64,000 nucleotides of DNA from positions 12,922 through 76,921 of IMG/VR virus record IMGVR_UViG_3300028920_000065. One strand, 5' to 3'. Below the pieces are notes generated by a model that saw only the letters and a list, made by a program, of their open reading frames with translations, ran no database searches and was not told where the DNA came from. Position numbers and translations under genes: made by a program. Origin of the DNA: a virus. This document shows, one piece after another, positions 1-10,001 of this stretch; position 1 is the stretch's first letter; each line of letters begins with the position of its first letter.

Positions 1-932
1 AATTCTTTTTCTGTTGGTGTTCTTGTACTTTCATCAACACCAAAATTAAAATTTGGTTTTAAATAAAGGTCTTTTTTCTTGTTTCCATTAACACCTATAT
101 AATCAAGCTCATTGAATGAAATAGAAAGATTGAGAAATGGTAAACCAGATTCCATAGCTTTAAAATTTCCATCATTACCACCAAATTGCGTTGTTATATT
201 TGATATTCCACATCTCCTGTAAACAAGATATTTTTTATAGCTAGGAAATGATGAAAATTCAACCCTCCAATTAATTGGAGGAGTAATAACATAATCTCCA
301 TAAGCTCCAACTGATGTAATACGAAATACAGAAACTATTTGTGCCAATATTTCTTCCTCTTCTCTATTTCTTGGTTTCATGAATTCCCATGCAAGGTCAA
401 AATTTCTTCTTGCGTGACCTGCATAAGCAAGTTTATCATGAGGATTATCAATACCACCACCAAATGCTCCTGATTTCATTGCAAAAACAACTTCTTGAGG
501 TAAAATGGTCGATGCTATTCCAGAAAGTGCCTTATATCCTTTCCATTTTATATATTCACCCAAACCACCACCAAGATTCATTCCTTCAACCGATTGCCAC
601 TGACCTACTATTGTATCTGCGGTTGGTCTTATAGGAAGAATGATTGCATCTATTCCTTTTAATTTTATTTCTTTTATTTTTGTTTTGCCTCCTGCTTCTT
701 CTTCATCTAATTTTGCAACAGTATCATCTTTTAATTGCTCAGAAATTCCTGGAATAATAACTTTCGTTCCAATAGGATAAAGTGCTATAAAAGAAACATA
801 AGGAGTTTTTTCTTTAGCAAGCAATTCCTTACTTGCATTTATCATTTCTCTTAATTTAGTAGGAAAAACTAAAATTTTATCGTTTAATTTTAATTCTAAT
901 ATTTTCTTTTCTAATTCTTCTAATTTATCCAT
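1..932 (-). CDS. gp48: Baseplate tail-tube cap, T4 gp48-like (partial, runs off window start)
   Basis: Not in the ORF track. Translated by hand from ATG at 932 (MDKLEELEKK...). Contains NPHDKLAYAGHARRNFDLAWEFMKPRNREEE...PPINWRVEF, matching the gp48 NP..G..R.F...P.N..E pattern. Confidence 0.75.
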   Translation of the reverse strand, partial: MDKLEELEKKILELKLNDKILVFPTKLREMINASKELLAKEKTPYVSFIALYPIGTKVIIPGISEQLKDDTVAKLDEEEAGGKTKIKEIKLKGIDAIILPIRPTADTIVGQWQSVEGMNLGGGLGEYIKWKGYKALSGIASTILPQEVVFAMKSGAFGGGIDNPHDKLAYAGHARRNFDLAWEFMKPRNREEEEILAQIVSVFRITSVGAYGDYVITPPINWRVEFSSFPSYKKYLVYRRCGISNITTQFGGNDGNFKAMESGLPFLNLSISFNELDYIGVNGNKKKDLYLKPNFNFGVDESTRTPTEKE

Positions 933-1388
933 TTAATCACCATTTATTTCTCTTAAAATATCATTTATTCTTTTAATATCTATTTTCCTTTCAATGATAT
1001 AATTATCTTTTTCTTCTCTTTTTAATTTATATATTTTAATACTTTCATCACAATCAATATCCTGACCGTAGGAATAATACATTTCATCTGGATTTAATAT
1101 TTCTATTAATCCCCATCTTTCTAAAAGATTCGCAATTTCATTTCTTCTTTCAAGATCTCCTTTTACCCATTCAGGAAATTTTCCATCAATAAAAAATCCT
1201 TCCTTATAATGTATTAGAAACCATCTTGAAAAAACTTTTATTATATGACATGTTTGATATAATATTTTATTTTTATGATTTCCAATTCCAAGTCTTGACA
1301 GTGTTTCTGAAATAATTTTAATTTTGTGCTTTGGTTTAATTTCAATTAGATTGGTTGTATCTAGTTGACAATTCATAACATCATTCAT
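933..1388 (-). CDS. regA: Translational repressor RegA
   Basis: ETLSRLGIGNHKNKILYQTCHI...IHYKE...DG...RRNEIANLLERWGLIEI closely follows T4 RegA. Confidence 0.92.
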   Translation of the reverse strand: MNDVMNCQLDTTNLIEIKPKHKIKIISETLSRLGIGNHKNKILYQTCHIIKVFSRWFLIHYKEGFFIDGKFPEWVKGDLERRNEIANLLERWGLIEILNPDEMYYSYGQDIDCDESIKIYKLKREEKDNYIIERKIDIKRINDILREINGD

Positions 1389-1406
1389 AACATCCTCTTT
1401 TTTTAT

Positions 1407-1420
1407 TCAATATTATTTAT
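1407..1420 (-). promoter_or_regulatory. Late promoter (regA-gp48)
   Basis: ATAAATAATATTGA on the minus strand. Confidence 0.75.
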
Positions 1421-1465
1421 TATAGATAAAAAGAGAATTATTCGTATAATGTTTTTGCTATAGGC

Positions 1466-2374
1466 TTATTTAGAAGCCCAAACAATAAATCCCTGACCCC
1501 ATTCCTCCGAACATTGCCATCCTTCACCACAATTATTTAAATAAAATTTTTGTATCTTAACAACAATTTTTTCTAGTATCTCAGGTAATCCAGTAAATGG
1601 ATATATTTCAGAATAAGAAATGAGTGGAATTGGAAATATTCCAAAAGATCCTTTTTCTTTCCAATCAAAAGCATCCATTAATATTTTATATAAATCAGAA
1701 TCATAATCACTCCTGAAAAGTTTTTTTGAATCTGGTTTAAATTCTATATTTGAATCAATTATTTTTTTAAACAATGATAAAAAGAAATTCAGTGGTTTAA
1801 ACACACTCTGAACACTAACTTTTTTTGGAACAACATAATTAATAAAATGACCACCATTTTTTAAAATTCTATATTGCTCAGAAATTAACTTTGAAATATC
1901 ATCAGCATTTTCAAAATGTTCAAGCAATCCAACATTAAAACTAGAATCAAATGTATTATCTTCAAAAGGAAGATTCATTCCATCACCAACTACAAAATTT
2001 CCTTTAAATCCAAGTGAATTAAAATTTTCTTTGGCTACTTCTATGGCATTTTCTGATTGATCCAATAATGTACAATTCCACCCATGATATGCATGATATA
2101 AAGAAAGATTTCCTCTTCCACAACCAATTTCAATGCATTTTCCTTGTTTTTTGTTATAAAATAATTTATCAAATAGATCATAGTGTTTTTGAAAAACTAA
2201 TTGCATTTGTGTTTCTGGTTCTCCAGTTGTAAAATAATTATGCTTCTTTTCTTTTCTATCTTTCCAGTCTAGGTTGAAATATTCCTTTGATCCATCTTTC
2301 ATATTATTCTCCGTTTTATGAATAGAATCAGAATCTTTATATTTTCGATAAATACACGATCTAAAATTATACAT
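1466..2374 (-). CDS. Class I SAM-dependent methyltransferase (small-molecule/sugar type)
   Basis: Motif I IEIGCGRG, GDGMNLPFEDNTFD, GLLEHF, RILKNGG. Confidence 0.85.
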   Translation of the reverse strand: MYNFRSCIYRKYKDSDSIHKTENNMKDGSKEYFNLDWKDRKEKKHNYFTTGEPETQMQLVFQKHYDLFDKLFYNKKQGKCIEIGCGRGNLSLYHAYHGWNCTLLDQSENAIEVAKENFNSLGFKGNFVVGDGMNLPFEDNTFDSSFNVGLLEHFENADDISKLISEQYRILKNGGHFINYVVPKKVSVQSVFKPLNFFLSLFKKIIDSNIEFKPDSKKLFRSDYDSDLYKILMDAFDWKEKGSFGIFPIPLISYSEIYPFTGLPEILEKIVVKIQKFYLNNCGEGWQCSEEWGQGFIVWASK

Positions 2375-2707
2375 TATTTCATATGTCTCCTTATAATTGA
2401 TAATATTTTATACATCATCATCATCATCTATTTCATTTAATTCATCAACAATTTGGCAGTTTTCATATTCATCAAAAATTGTTTTTAGAGCACCATCTAA
2501 TTTTGATCCCTTAAATTCTTTCATTATTAATACTAATCTCTTATAATTATTCTTCTTCTTTTTTATTACATTTTTTATCTAAAACACTAAATCCTATCAT
2601 AACTGTAAAGAATAATAATATTTCCCCTGGTGTAATTAGATCAACATTATTTGCCGCAGAAACTAGTATAAGAGCAAAAAGAGCTATATTAGGTAATAAC
2701 ATCCTTT

Positions 2708-2947
2708 TCATAATAAACATTCCAAATCTTTTAAAATTTCTTCAGCTAATCTATATCTATTTTCTATATAATTATCAGTTTCAAAACTATTTTCTTTAAA
2801 ACCTTTTTTATATTTTTTATTTTCATAATTAATTATAATTGATCCTATACCTTTCATATCAAGATCAATTAAAACATTCTTATCTTTTAGCTTATCTTTT
2901 AAAATTTCCATTACTTTATAAGCTTCATAAATATTTTTTAAAATCAT
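2708..2947 (-). CDS. Hypothetical protein
   Basis: 79-aa ORF with GGAG RBS, downstream of a sigma70-like promoter at about 2971-2998. Confidence 0.6.
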   Translation of the reverse strand: MILKNIYEAYKVMEILKDKLKDKNVLIDLDMKGIGSIIINYENKKYKKGFKENSFETDNYIENRYRLAEEILKDLECLL

Positions 2948-3018
2948 ACAATTCTCCCTTAAAAAATTATATTATACTTAAAAATTCAAAAAACACAAGG
3001 TATTATTTTAAAAAAGTT

Positions 3019-3807
3019 TTATTCGTCTATTTCTATTTTACTATTATAGAACATGTACCATCTTCCATCATTTAATTCTGTATATTTTACTCTAATTGCT
3101 GATTTACTAATATCAACTATTTCTCCATAATCCCATCCACAATTATTTTCACATATAACTTTCATTCCAATTTTATATTTAGATTCCATTAATTCTGGAT
3201 TATTATGAATATTACCTATGACCTTTCCATTATTATTGATTATTAGATCCCTTAAGTCATAATATTCTTCATTTAATCCATCTCCATAAAAACTACATTC
3301 ATCAAATTTAACCAAAACATTTTCTTTTCGATATAATGTATCTCCATCATAAAAATCATCAAACGACATAATATCATTTTCATATACTTCAATTCCATTT
3401 ATCATCACTCCTTGCTCTATTTCTGATTTTCTTTCTAATATTCTTTCCAATCTAAATTGTAAATCATCAAATACAAAATAGAAAAAACTATCACCTTCCC
3501 ATATTCTAAAGTAATAATCTTTACCTCCTAAATTGACACTATTACCGCATTTATCTGTAGGTTCTTTAAAATCCTTCTCAAATGCATCTATAAATGTTTG
3601 TGCCAACTGATGAACTCCCTCTCCTTTCGGACACAATGAAACATCCTGCTCGTACATTTCGTAACATCTAAGATTTTTAGTGGAATTTATTCTTGAAAAA
3701 GGACAAAAATCACAATTCACAATTTCTGACTTAATTAACTTCCTGCATACTTCTATATGCTCCTTAGTTATATTTTTAAAATTCTCTCTCTTCCTTTCAT
3801 CTTTCAT
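3019..3807 (-). CDS. Mosaic protein containing a YopX-like domain
   Basis: FRIW...NGIEVYENDI...VIGNIHNNPEL is the YopX signature. Cys-rich N-terminal part and an extra C-terminal part. Confidence 0.7.
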   Translation of the reverse strand: MKDERKRENFKNITKEHIEVCRKLIKSEIVNCDFCPFSRINSTKNLRCYEMYEQDVSLCPKGEGVHQLAQTFIDAFEKDFKEPTDKCGNSVNLGGKDYYFRIWEGDSFFYFVFDDLQFRLERILERKSEIEQGVMINGIEVYENDIMSFDDFYDGDTLYRKENVLVKFDECSFYGDGLNEEYYDLRDLIINNNGKVIGNIHNNPELMESKYKIGMKVICENNCGWDYGEIVDISKSAIRVKYTELNDGRWYMFYNSKIEIDE

Positions 3808-3811
3808 TCAG

Positions 3812-4993
3812 TTACTCCATAAAAGTTTTTTGTAAATTTACACTTTCAATTTTTGCCAGAACATGAGCAATTTTTTTACCTGCATTTCCAATTCCAAAAG
3901 TGTCATTTGATATGCCTAGTTTATTTCTCATATGAGTTTCAACTAAATCAACAATCATATCTGAATTATAATCACTCCACAGGACATTACCACATCTCTC
4001 ACGCATTCTTTGCCTATTTCCAATATCAACTACAGGAACACCAAGAAAACTTCCTTCACGGATGCCTGATGAACTATTACCAACCAGACATTTGCAATTA
4101 TTAATCAATCTGGCATAATCCTCAGGAGAAATATTTTTAACGAACTGAATCTTGTCATTACTTTTATGTGTTTCCCTGAATATCCTAATTCTCTTTGATA
4201 TATCATCAGTACCTGCATCAATATTTGGCCATAACATGAAAGTCTGCATATTAAGTTTCTCAACAGCTTTCAGTGTCTCTTCAATCTGCTTTCCGGCATC
4301 CATATATTCTGTTGTTACCGGATGTTGCATAACGACAATGTATGGCTTATTTGGATCAAGAATTGCTCCTGCACCTCCTGCTCTTTTGAAAATATCTGCA
4401 TCTAATGATAAATCAATATCAACAAGTAAGTCCATTGCAGGACACCCAACATTAAAAACCATATCAGGATCTTCCCCCATTGTAATAACGCGTTGTTTCG
4501 ACTTTTCTGTTGCAGGGAAGTGAATATGTGCTAATTTTGTAATTGCATGGCGAACACTTTCATCAATTGATCCTGTAAGTTCACCACCTTGAGTATGAGC
4601 AAGTGGAATATTCATATATGTTGAAGCAATGGCGGTAGAAATAGTTTCAAAACGATCAGCAATTGTTAAAACAATATCAGGTTTGAGCATATTAAATATA
4701 GTAGGAAGCTCCATGAGTCCTATACCGGTCGATTTAGCCATAGTTAATGGTGAACTACCTTCAAGTATAAAATTCACCGTAGAATCGATTTTAAACCCAT
4801 CAGATTCGATTATTTTTCTAACATTACCATAACGCTCAAGAAGAGCAGATGCACCAACAATGAGTTGTAGTTCGAGCTTGGGATGTTCTTGAATAGCTCT
4901 CATTGCTGATTTGATTCTAGCATAATTTGCACGAGATGCGACTACTACACATATCTTTCTTACTTCTGGAAATTTAATTATTGATGTCATCAT
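3812..4993 (-). CDS. neuC: UDP-N-acetylglucosamine 2-epimerase, hydrolysing (NeuC/LegG type)
   Basis: RKICVVVASRANY, DRFET, AHTQGGELTGSIDESVRHAITKLAHIHF, VMQHPVTTE, WPNIDAG, LVGNSSSGIRE, DIGNRQ. Confidence 0.93.
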   Translation of the reverse strand: MMTSIIKFPEVRKICVVVASRANYARIKSAMRAIQEHPKLELQLIVGASALLERYGNVRKIIESDGFKIDSTVNFILEGSSPLTMAKSTGIGLMELPTIFNMLKPDIVLTIADRFETISTAIASTYMNIPLAHTQGGELTGSIDESVRHAITKLAHIHFPATEKSKQRVITMGEDPDMVFNVGCPAMDLLVDIDLSLDADIFKRAGGAGAILDPNKPYIVVMQHPVTTEYMDAGKQIEETLKAVEKLNMQTFMLWPNIDAGTDDISKRIRIFRETHKSNDKIQFVKNISPEDYARLINNCKCLVGNSSSGIREGSFLGVPVVDIGNRQRMRERCGNVLWSDYNSDMIVDLVETHMRNKLGISNDTFGIGNAGKKIAHVLAKIESVNLQKTFME

Positions 4994-5042
4994 TTACTCC
5001 ATATCTTATATTTTCTATTTTCTCCACTTTTTGTACATTGCA

Positions 5043-5342
5043 TCATTTAGCTTCTCTCTGTTTTCTAATTTTTTCTTGTTTTTTACATTTCTTCACTGCC
5101 GATCTCCACACAAAAAACGCTCTTATGAATGGAATGATAGGAAAGAATACAAAAAATCCAATCACACTCAACATAAGAAATAATGCCTCGGCTATCTCTG
5201 TTGCAAAAGATAAAAAATATTTAATCTCTATCCAATATCCTTCAAAATTCCAGAGTGTTCTCCAATATCCCAATTTGGCTTTGTTACTTGGACAATTTCT
5301 GATCTTGTCACCATCATATATTAGATCTTTATTTTTCATCAT
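5043..5342 (-). CDS. Hypothetical membrane protein
   Basis: Hydrophobic stretch ALFLMLSVIGFFVFFPIIPFIRAFFVW; AGGAG RBS. Confidence 0.65.
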   Translation of the reverse strand: MMKNKDLIYDGDKIRNCPSNKAKLGYWRTLWNFEGYWIEIKYFLSFATEIAEALFLMLSVIGFFVFFPIIPFIRAFFVWRSAVKKCKKQEKIRKQREAK

Positions 5343-5372
5343 TCTTCTCCTGTAATTTTAAAGCATTTCATG

Positions 5373-6197
5373 CTAGATCCTGAATCTGTTATCTCCCCAT
5401 CTTCCAACATATTTTTTCTTCACTTTCAATTCTTCTTCAGAAACAACTCTGGTTCCAGTACCATTCACCACTTCAACGAAATCCCTGTACTCACACAATT
5501 CTCGCAATTCCATAGGATCAATAGAAACTTTAACATCAGGTGTGGTCATTGTTTTATCTAGGATGAAATGTTTTTCAATCATTGAAATATTCTTACATAG
5601 AGCGACTTTAGCAACTTCAATTCCAAGGGAATGATCAGAGAAACCAATTTCATGATTCCACAATCCTTGCTCAAAATTCATATTATCAATCATAAATAAA
5701 TTTGAATTTTTTGGTTTAGTTGGATATTCAGAAATACAATGCATGATGGTATGCTTAACATCAAAATCTTCTAGGTTATTTAATAGATTAACTATATCTT
5801 CACTATCCATCATACCAGTGGATACTATAATATGTTCAAAATTTTCAGATAATTCCTCAAGCATTCCATAACTTTCATTATCTGTACTAGCAACTTTGAT
5901 ATATTCCATTCCAAGTGTTGAAAGAAATGGAATCAATCTTCTATCAAAACATGTTGTTAAAAACTCGACATTATTTTCTTTACAGCATTCAATTAGGTCA
6001 ATATGATCATTCTCAGATAGTTCTGTCTTCTTGTACCAATGTATGTCCCAACCATCGCCAACAAGATGATCTGCTTTGAAACTTTGAAACTTAACGAAAT
6101 CAGCACCACAACTTGCAGCAGTTTTAATCATTTCCTTTGCTATCTCCATATCTCCACAATGATTAGTACTACATTCAGCAATTATTTTAGTTCTCAT
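5373..6197 (-). CDS. neuB: N-acetylneuraminate/nonulosonate synthase (NeuB family), lacking the C-terminal SAF domain
   Basis: True start MRTKIIAECSTNHCGD at 6197 (GGAG RBS). GADFVKFQ, IKVAS, VSTGM, MHCISEYPT, IGFSDHSLG, IEKHF. Confidence 0.92.
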   Translation of the reverse strand: MRTKIIAECSTNHCGDMEIAKEMIKTAASCGADFVKFQSFKADHLVGDGWDIHWYKKTELSENDHIDLIECCKENNVEFLTTCFDRRLIPFLSTLGMEYIKVASTDNESYGMLEELSENFEHIIVSTGMMDSEDIVNLLNNLEDFDVKHTIMHCISEYPTKPKNSNLFMIDNMNFEQGLWNHEIGFSDHSLGIEVAKVALCKNISMIEKHFILDKTMTTPDVKVSIDPMELRELCEYRDFVEVVNGTGTRVVSEEELKVKKKYVGRWGDNRFRI

Positions 6198-7200
6198 ATG
6201 ATTTCTCCCAATATTTTTTAAACATTTCTTCAAATTCCTTTTTAAAATCATCATCATCATGATCAAGCTTACACAAAAATTCATGATTTAATTCTTCATT
6301 AGTTAATATATCAGTATCAACTAATTCTTCACACTGATTTATTATATCATTTTTATATGTCAATGTCAACTTCACAGGAGAATATTCTCCTAATTTTGTT
6401 TCAACCTTTACCCAAAATTCTTCATTACTAGAATTTATAAACACATCTGATATTGTATTATGGCATTTTTTTAACAATAAAAAATCTTTTTCATCATTAA
6501 TAATTATTTTTTCATAATACCGTTCTTTCATTTCAAAAGATTCAATTTTATTTGTTTCTGTATTAAGTAAATGGCAATATTTTTTTTCAAGTTCTCCTCT
6601 ATTTTTTTGATATAAGGAACCACAATAAAAAATATTATCTTTTTGCTGAGACATATGATAATGACCCGAAATAATTTTTTTATATTTCCAATAATCAGTT
6701 TTAAAGAGAGAATCTTTTTTTGAAATAGCTTGTCCATGTCTAAATCCAGAAAAATCAAAATGTCCAAAAAGATAATTTTTTTCGTTATTATGTTTGGATA
6801 TTTGTTTAGATATTCTAGGAGCATTCAATTCATTTATCCAAGGACAAAAAATTAAATTATCCTTAACATAAACATCATCAATAATTAATTTTCCTCCTTC
6901 AAACATAACTGGAAGAGAGGTTATTTTATTCGTATTTGTATAATAACAATCATGATTTCCAGCAATGACAATATATTCACACATTTGAGATATTTCTTTA
7001 TGAATTTTTTTAAATGTATCTATTATCATAAAATCACCAGCTAATCTTTTATCATATGTATCTCCACAGTTTACAACAAGATCAACATCCCTTTTTTTAA
7101 TAATTTCCTTTACATATTCCAATCCTTTTTTCTGATAATTAATAAAAGATTCAGATGAATTTGTTCCATGATGTAAATCTGAAATAATTAAAATTTTCAT
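6187..7200 (-). CDS. gp47: Recombination nuclease subunit, T4 gp47/SbcD/Mre11-like
   Basis: SDLHHG, GDTYD, GNHD, FGHF, SGHYH metallophosphoesterase motifs. Start MKIL at 7200 with GGAGGA RBS. Confidence 0.9.
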   Translation of the reverse strand: MKILIISDLHHGTNSSESFINYQKKGLEYVKEIIKKRDVDLVVNCGDTYDKRLAGDFMIIDTFKKIHKEISQMCEYIVIAGNHDCYYTNTNKITSLPVMFEGGKLIIDDVYVKDNLIFCPWINELNAPRISKQISKHNNEKNYLFGHFDFSGFRHGQAISKKDSLFKTDYWKYKKIISGHYHMSQQKDNIFYCGSLYQKNRGELEKKYCHLLNTETNKIESFEMKERYYEKIIINDEKDFLLLKKCHNTISDVFINSSNEEFWVKVETKLGEYSPVKLTLTYKNDIINQCEELVDTDILTNEELNHEFLCKLDHDDDDFKKEFEEMFKKYWEKSYEN

Positions 7201-7208
7201 TGATCCTC

Positions 7209-7637
7209 CTAATTCCATCTTTTTTTATTTGTATTATTTGTAATATTCCATTCTTCAACCTTCACAAATCCATTTGTTGCCCTTTGGATCTTTTTAGCAT
7301 TTTTTTCTGAAATTGTCAAAAAACATCTGGATCTATAATTAGTCAATGTCCCAAAGGCAATTTTAGATTTAATAGCGAGTTGTCTATAAGTTATTTTATT
7401 TTTAATCATATACCATTGTAATTTTTCAATGGCAGTATTTAATTCAATAATTGGTTCTTCAAGTCCATAATAAGATAAAATTTTTTCTTCATCTTCATCT
7501 GTTATTTTATATCGTTTAAATGCAGAAGATAAATAATATTCTCCAAAACCAAGAATTCTAGAAAAATTATTTAAGGAATAACATTCTTTCCAGCATTTAA
7601 ATTTTACAAATCTTCTTAAACTAGTTCTTATTTTCAT
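7209..7637 (-). CDS. Putative HTH DNA-binding protein
   Basis: ITYRQLAIKSKIAFGTLTNY Cro/XRE-like HTH; a second HTH-like segment lies N-terminally. Confidence 0.6.
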   Translation of the reverse strand: MKIRTSLRRFVKFKCWKECYSLNNFSRILGFGEYYLSSAFKRYKITDEDEEKILSYYGLEEPIIELNTAIEKLQWYMIKNKITYRQLAIKSKIAFGTLTNYRSRCFLTISEKNAKKIQRATNGFVKVEEWNITNNTNKKRWN

Positions 7638-7680
7638 TAAATCTCCATATCATAAACAATCTTTCCATTTTTTCATCATC

Positions 7681-7935
7681 TTATGCCTCCATAATATTTT
7701 TTATTAATAATGTAACAGCATCAATAGTTTCATTAAGAATTTCATTTTTCTCATCAAGTTGAATTGCATTTTCTTGTAAATTCTTAGCAACAGTAAACAA
7801 AAATGTTAAAATATCATTATTATTTTCAAATTTATCACAATATTCTAAAATATTTCTAAATTCAATATTATTAGAATATTGTGATAAATTTACATTTTTT
7901 CCTGATGATAAATTCCAATTAGAAGTTTTTAACAT
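7681..7935 (-). CDS. Hypothetical protein
   Basis: 84-aa ORF within the operon. Confidence 0.55.
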   Translation of the reverse strand: MLKTSNWNLSSGKNVNLSQYSNNIEFRNILEYCDKFENNNDILTFLFTVAKNLQENAIQLDEKNEILNETIDAVTLLIKNIMEA

Positions 7936-7944
7936 AATTTACCC

Positions 7945-9051
7945 CTATACTTTCAAAATTAATTTACTTTTTGCTCTTGTAATGGCAGTGTATAGCCATT
8001 TTCTTTTTTGTAAATTTGTTGAACCAATTGGTTCAACAATAACAACACAGTTTTCATATTCTGATCCTTGAGATGCATGTGTTGTAATGCAATAACCAAG
8101 GTCAAATTTATCATATTTTTTTAATCCCTTCAATTCTTTTCCAGTCTCCCAAAAATGACTATCAAATTTACATTCAAATTTATTATAAGTTATTTCTGGA
8201 TAAAAATCAAGTCCAGAATATCTTACAACAGTATTTCCAGCCATTCCTATTAATCCATTTGTTAAATATAATTCACCAACATTAGTAAAAACATATTTTT
8301 CCCAATTATTTTTCTTGCAAATTAATTTTTCTCCTTTTATTGGAAAATCTTTTTCTTTTCCTAATCTCATTAATGTATTATATTTCCTTCTTGTTTTATT
8401 ATATCCACAAATAACTTGATTTGCATTTTTAAATGTTTTTAAAGGAAGTTTATCTACAATCCAAACATTATTTCCATATCTACCAATATTTAATTTAGTT
8501 CCATTAAAAATAGCTTCTGATAATTCAATAATTGAACTTTCTTTTGCTTGTCTAAGTGGTTCATTCAATCTAATATCTGGATTTTCTAAAAGGAAATTAT
8601 TACCTTCTATGGGATCAAGCTGATTGTGATCTCCAATAAAAATAATTGGAATATTAAAAAATAATAAATCATCTATTAATTCCTCATTTAACATAGAGCA
8701 TTCATCAACAATAAAAAGTTTAAAAGATCGTAAATCTGATCTCATTTTCAATATTTTTTCAAAATTTCCTCTTTTATCTTCTCTAAAATTATAAATTTTT
8801 GAATGTATTGTTGAGGAATTTGGATGTCCTTTGGCAGCTAAAACCTGTGCAGCTTTTCCAGTATATGCCATAAAAGAAACAACTGATTCACTAATACCAA
8901 TTTCCTCTATGATATATTTAACCAACGTGCTTTTTCCACTTCCAGCACATCCAGAAAGAACAAAATATTTTTGCTCGTTCTTCTTATACCATTTTTTTAT
9001 CTTTTTTAAAACTGATTTTTGAGTTTCAGTTAATATTATTTTCATAAACAA
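7945..9051 (-). CDS. dda: SF1B DNA helicase (Dda/RecD-like)
   Basis: GCAGSGKS, AYTGKAA, TIHS, IVDECSM, IGDHNQLDP, RQA, GYCITTHASQGSEY, LYTAITRA. Confidence 0.9.
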   Translation of the reverse strand: MFMKIILTETQKSVLKKIKKWYKKNEQKYFVLSGCAGSGKSTLVKYIIEEIGISESVVSFMAYTGKAAQVLAAKGHPNSSTIHSKIYNFREDKRGNFEKILKMRSDLRSFKLFIVDECSMLNEELIDDLLFFNIPIIFIGDHNQLDPIEGNNFLLENPDIRLNEPLRQAKESSIIELSEAIFNGTKLNIGRYGNNVWIVDKLPLKTFKNANQVICGYNKTRRKYNTLMRLGKEKDFPIKGEKLICKKNNWEKYVFTNVGELYLTNGLIGMAGNTVVRYSGLDFYPEITYNKFECKFDSHFWETGKELKGLKKYDKFDLGYCITTHASQGSEYENCVVIVEPIGSTNLQKRKWLYTAITRAKSKLILKV

Positions 9052-9162
9052 TCTTCCATCTTATCAAAGTGTATTTTAACTCTAAATATATCATAATAAA
9101 ATAGATTTGTCAACACTTTTTTAAAAGATTTTAAAATTACTGTTTTTGATTTAAAATAAAAT

Positions 9163-9501
9163 TTAGATTTCTTCTGAATCATCTAAAGATGTATCTGCCA
9201 TATCATAATTTTCTGTTTTTCGAAAAAATTCATATTCCATTGTTAAGCGGGTTTTAATATCATCAATAATATCTGCTGTTTCTAATTCCTCATATGAAAG
9301 AACTGAATCTTCCTTTAAAAAAAATTTTTTTCTTTCACCATTAGGTTTTACTGAAAAAGTTACTGACCTAAATGGTTGGCAGATACAAACAATCCCACGG
9401 GGTGTTTTAACATCTACTATTCTACACACATCCTTAAATTTTTTTCCATCATATTCTCCAATAAAATCAATGTGCGTTTTTGTTATTCCAATAACAATCA
9501 T
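9163..9501 (-). CDS. Hypothetical protein
   Basis: ORF overlapping the upstream stop, with RBS. Confidence 0.6.
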   Translation of the reverse strand: MIVIGITKTHIDFIGEYDGKKFKDVCRIVDVKTPRGIVCICQPFRSVTFSVKPNGERKKFFLKEDSVLSYEELETADIIDDIKTRLTMEYEFFRKTENYDMADTSLDDSEEI

Positions 9502-10001
9502 AAATATTCCTCCTGTCCTTTTAAAAGTTCTTCTTTAATTTTTACTAATTTCTTAATATCATTTTGGTCTTTTTTAATTATTTTTTTTGCAATTTCTCTT
9601 GCAGTTGAATTTTCAGTAAATTTAAAAAAATATGTGAATTCATCCCTATTAGATTCCTTCAAAAAACTCTTGAAAGCAAGAAAAGCTGCTTCAATAAAAT
9701 TTGTAGATTTAAGAAACATTAACCATAAAACAAATGAATTTGGAGAAATAAATTTTCCATCTTTATTTTTTATAAGATTTAATTCTGGATTTTTATTCTT
9801 GGAATTCCATCTAATCCAAGAACCATATTCATCAATGATAGAAAAATATAATAAATTTTCCTTTGTCCATCTTTTACAAGATTTAAGATATTTTTTTCTA
9901 GATGTTTTAAACAAAATCAATTTTTCTTGATATATTCTTCTTTGATTTTTTAACATTTTTTCAAATTGATCCTCTGAATATATTCTCATTTTATTCTCCA
10001 T
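9498..10001 (-). CDS. Hypothetical protein
   Basis: ORF in a tightly packed operon. Confidence 0.6.
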   Translation of the reverse strand: MENKMRIYSEDQFEKMLKNQRRIYQEKLILFKTSRKKYLKSCKRWTKENLLYFSIIDEYGSWIRWNSKNKNPELNLIKNKDGKFISPNSFVLWLMFLKSTNFIEAAFLAFKSFLKESNRDEFTYFFKFTENSTAREIAKKIIKKDQNDIKKLVKIKEELLKGQEEYL

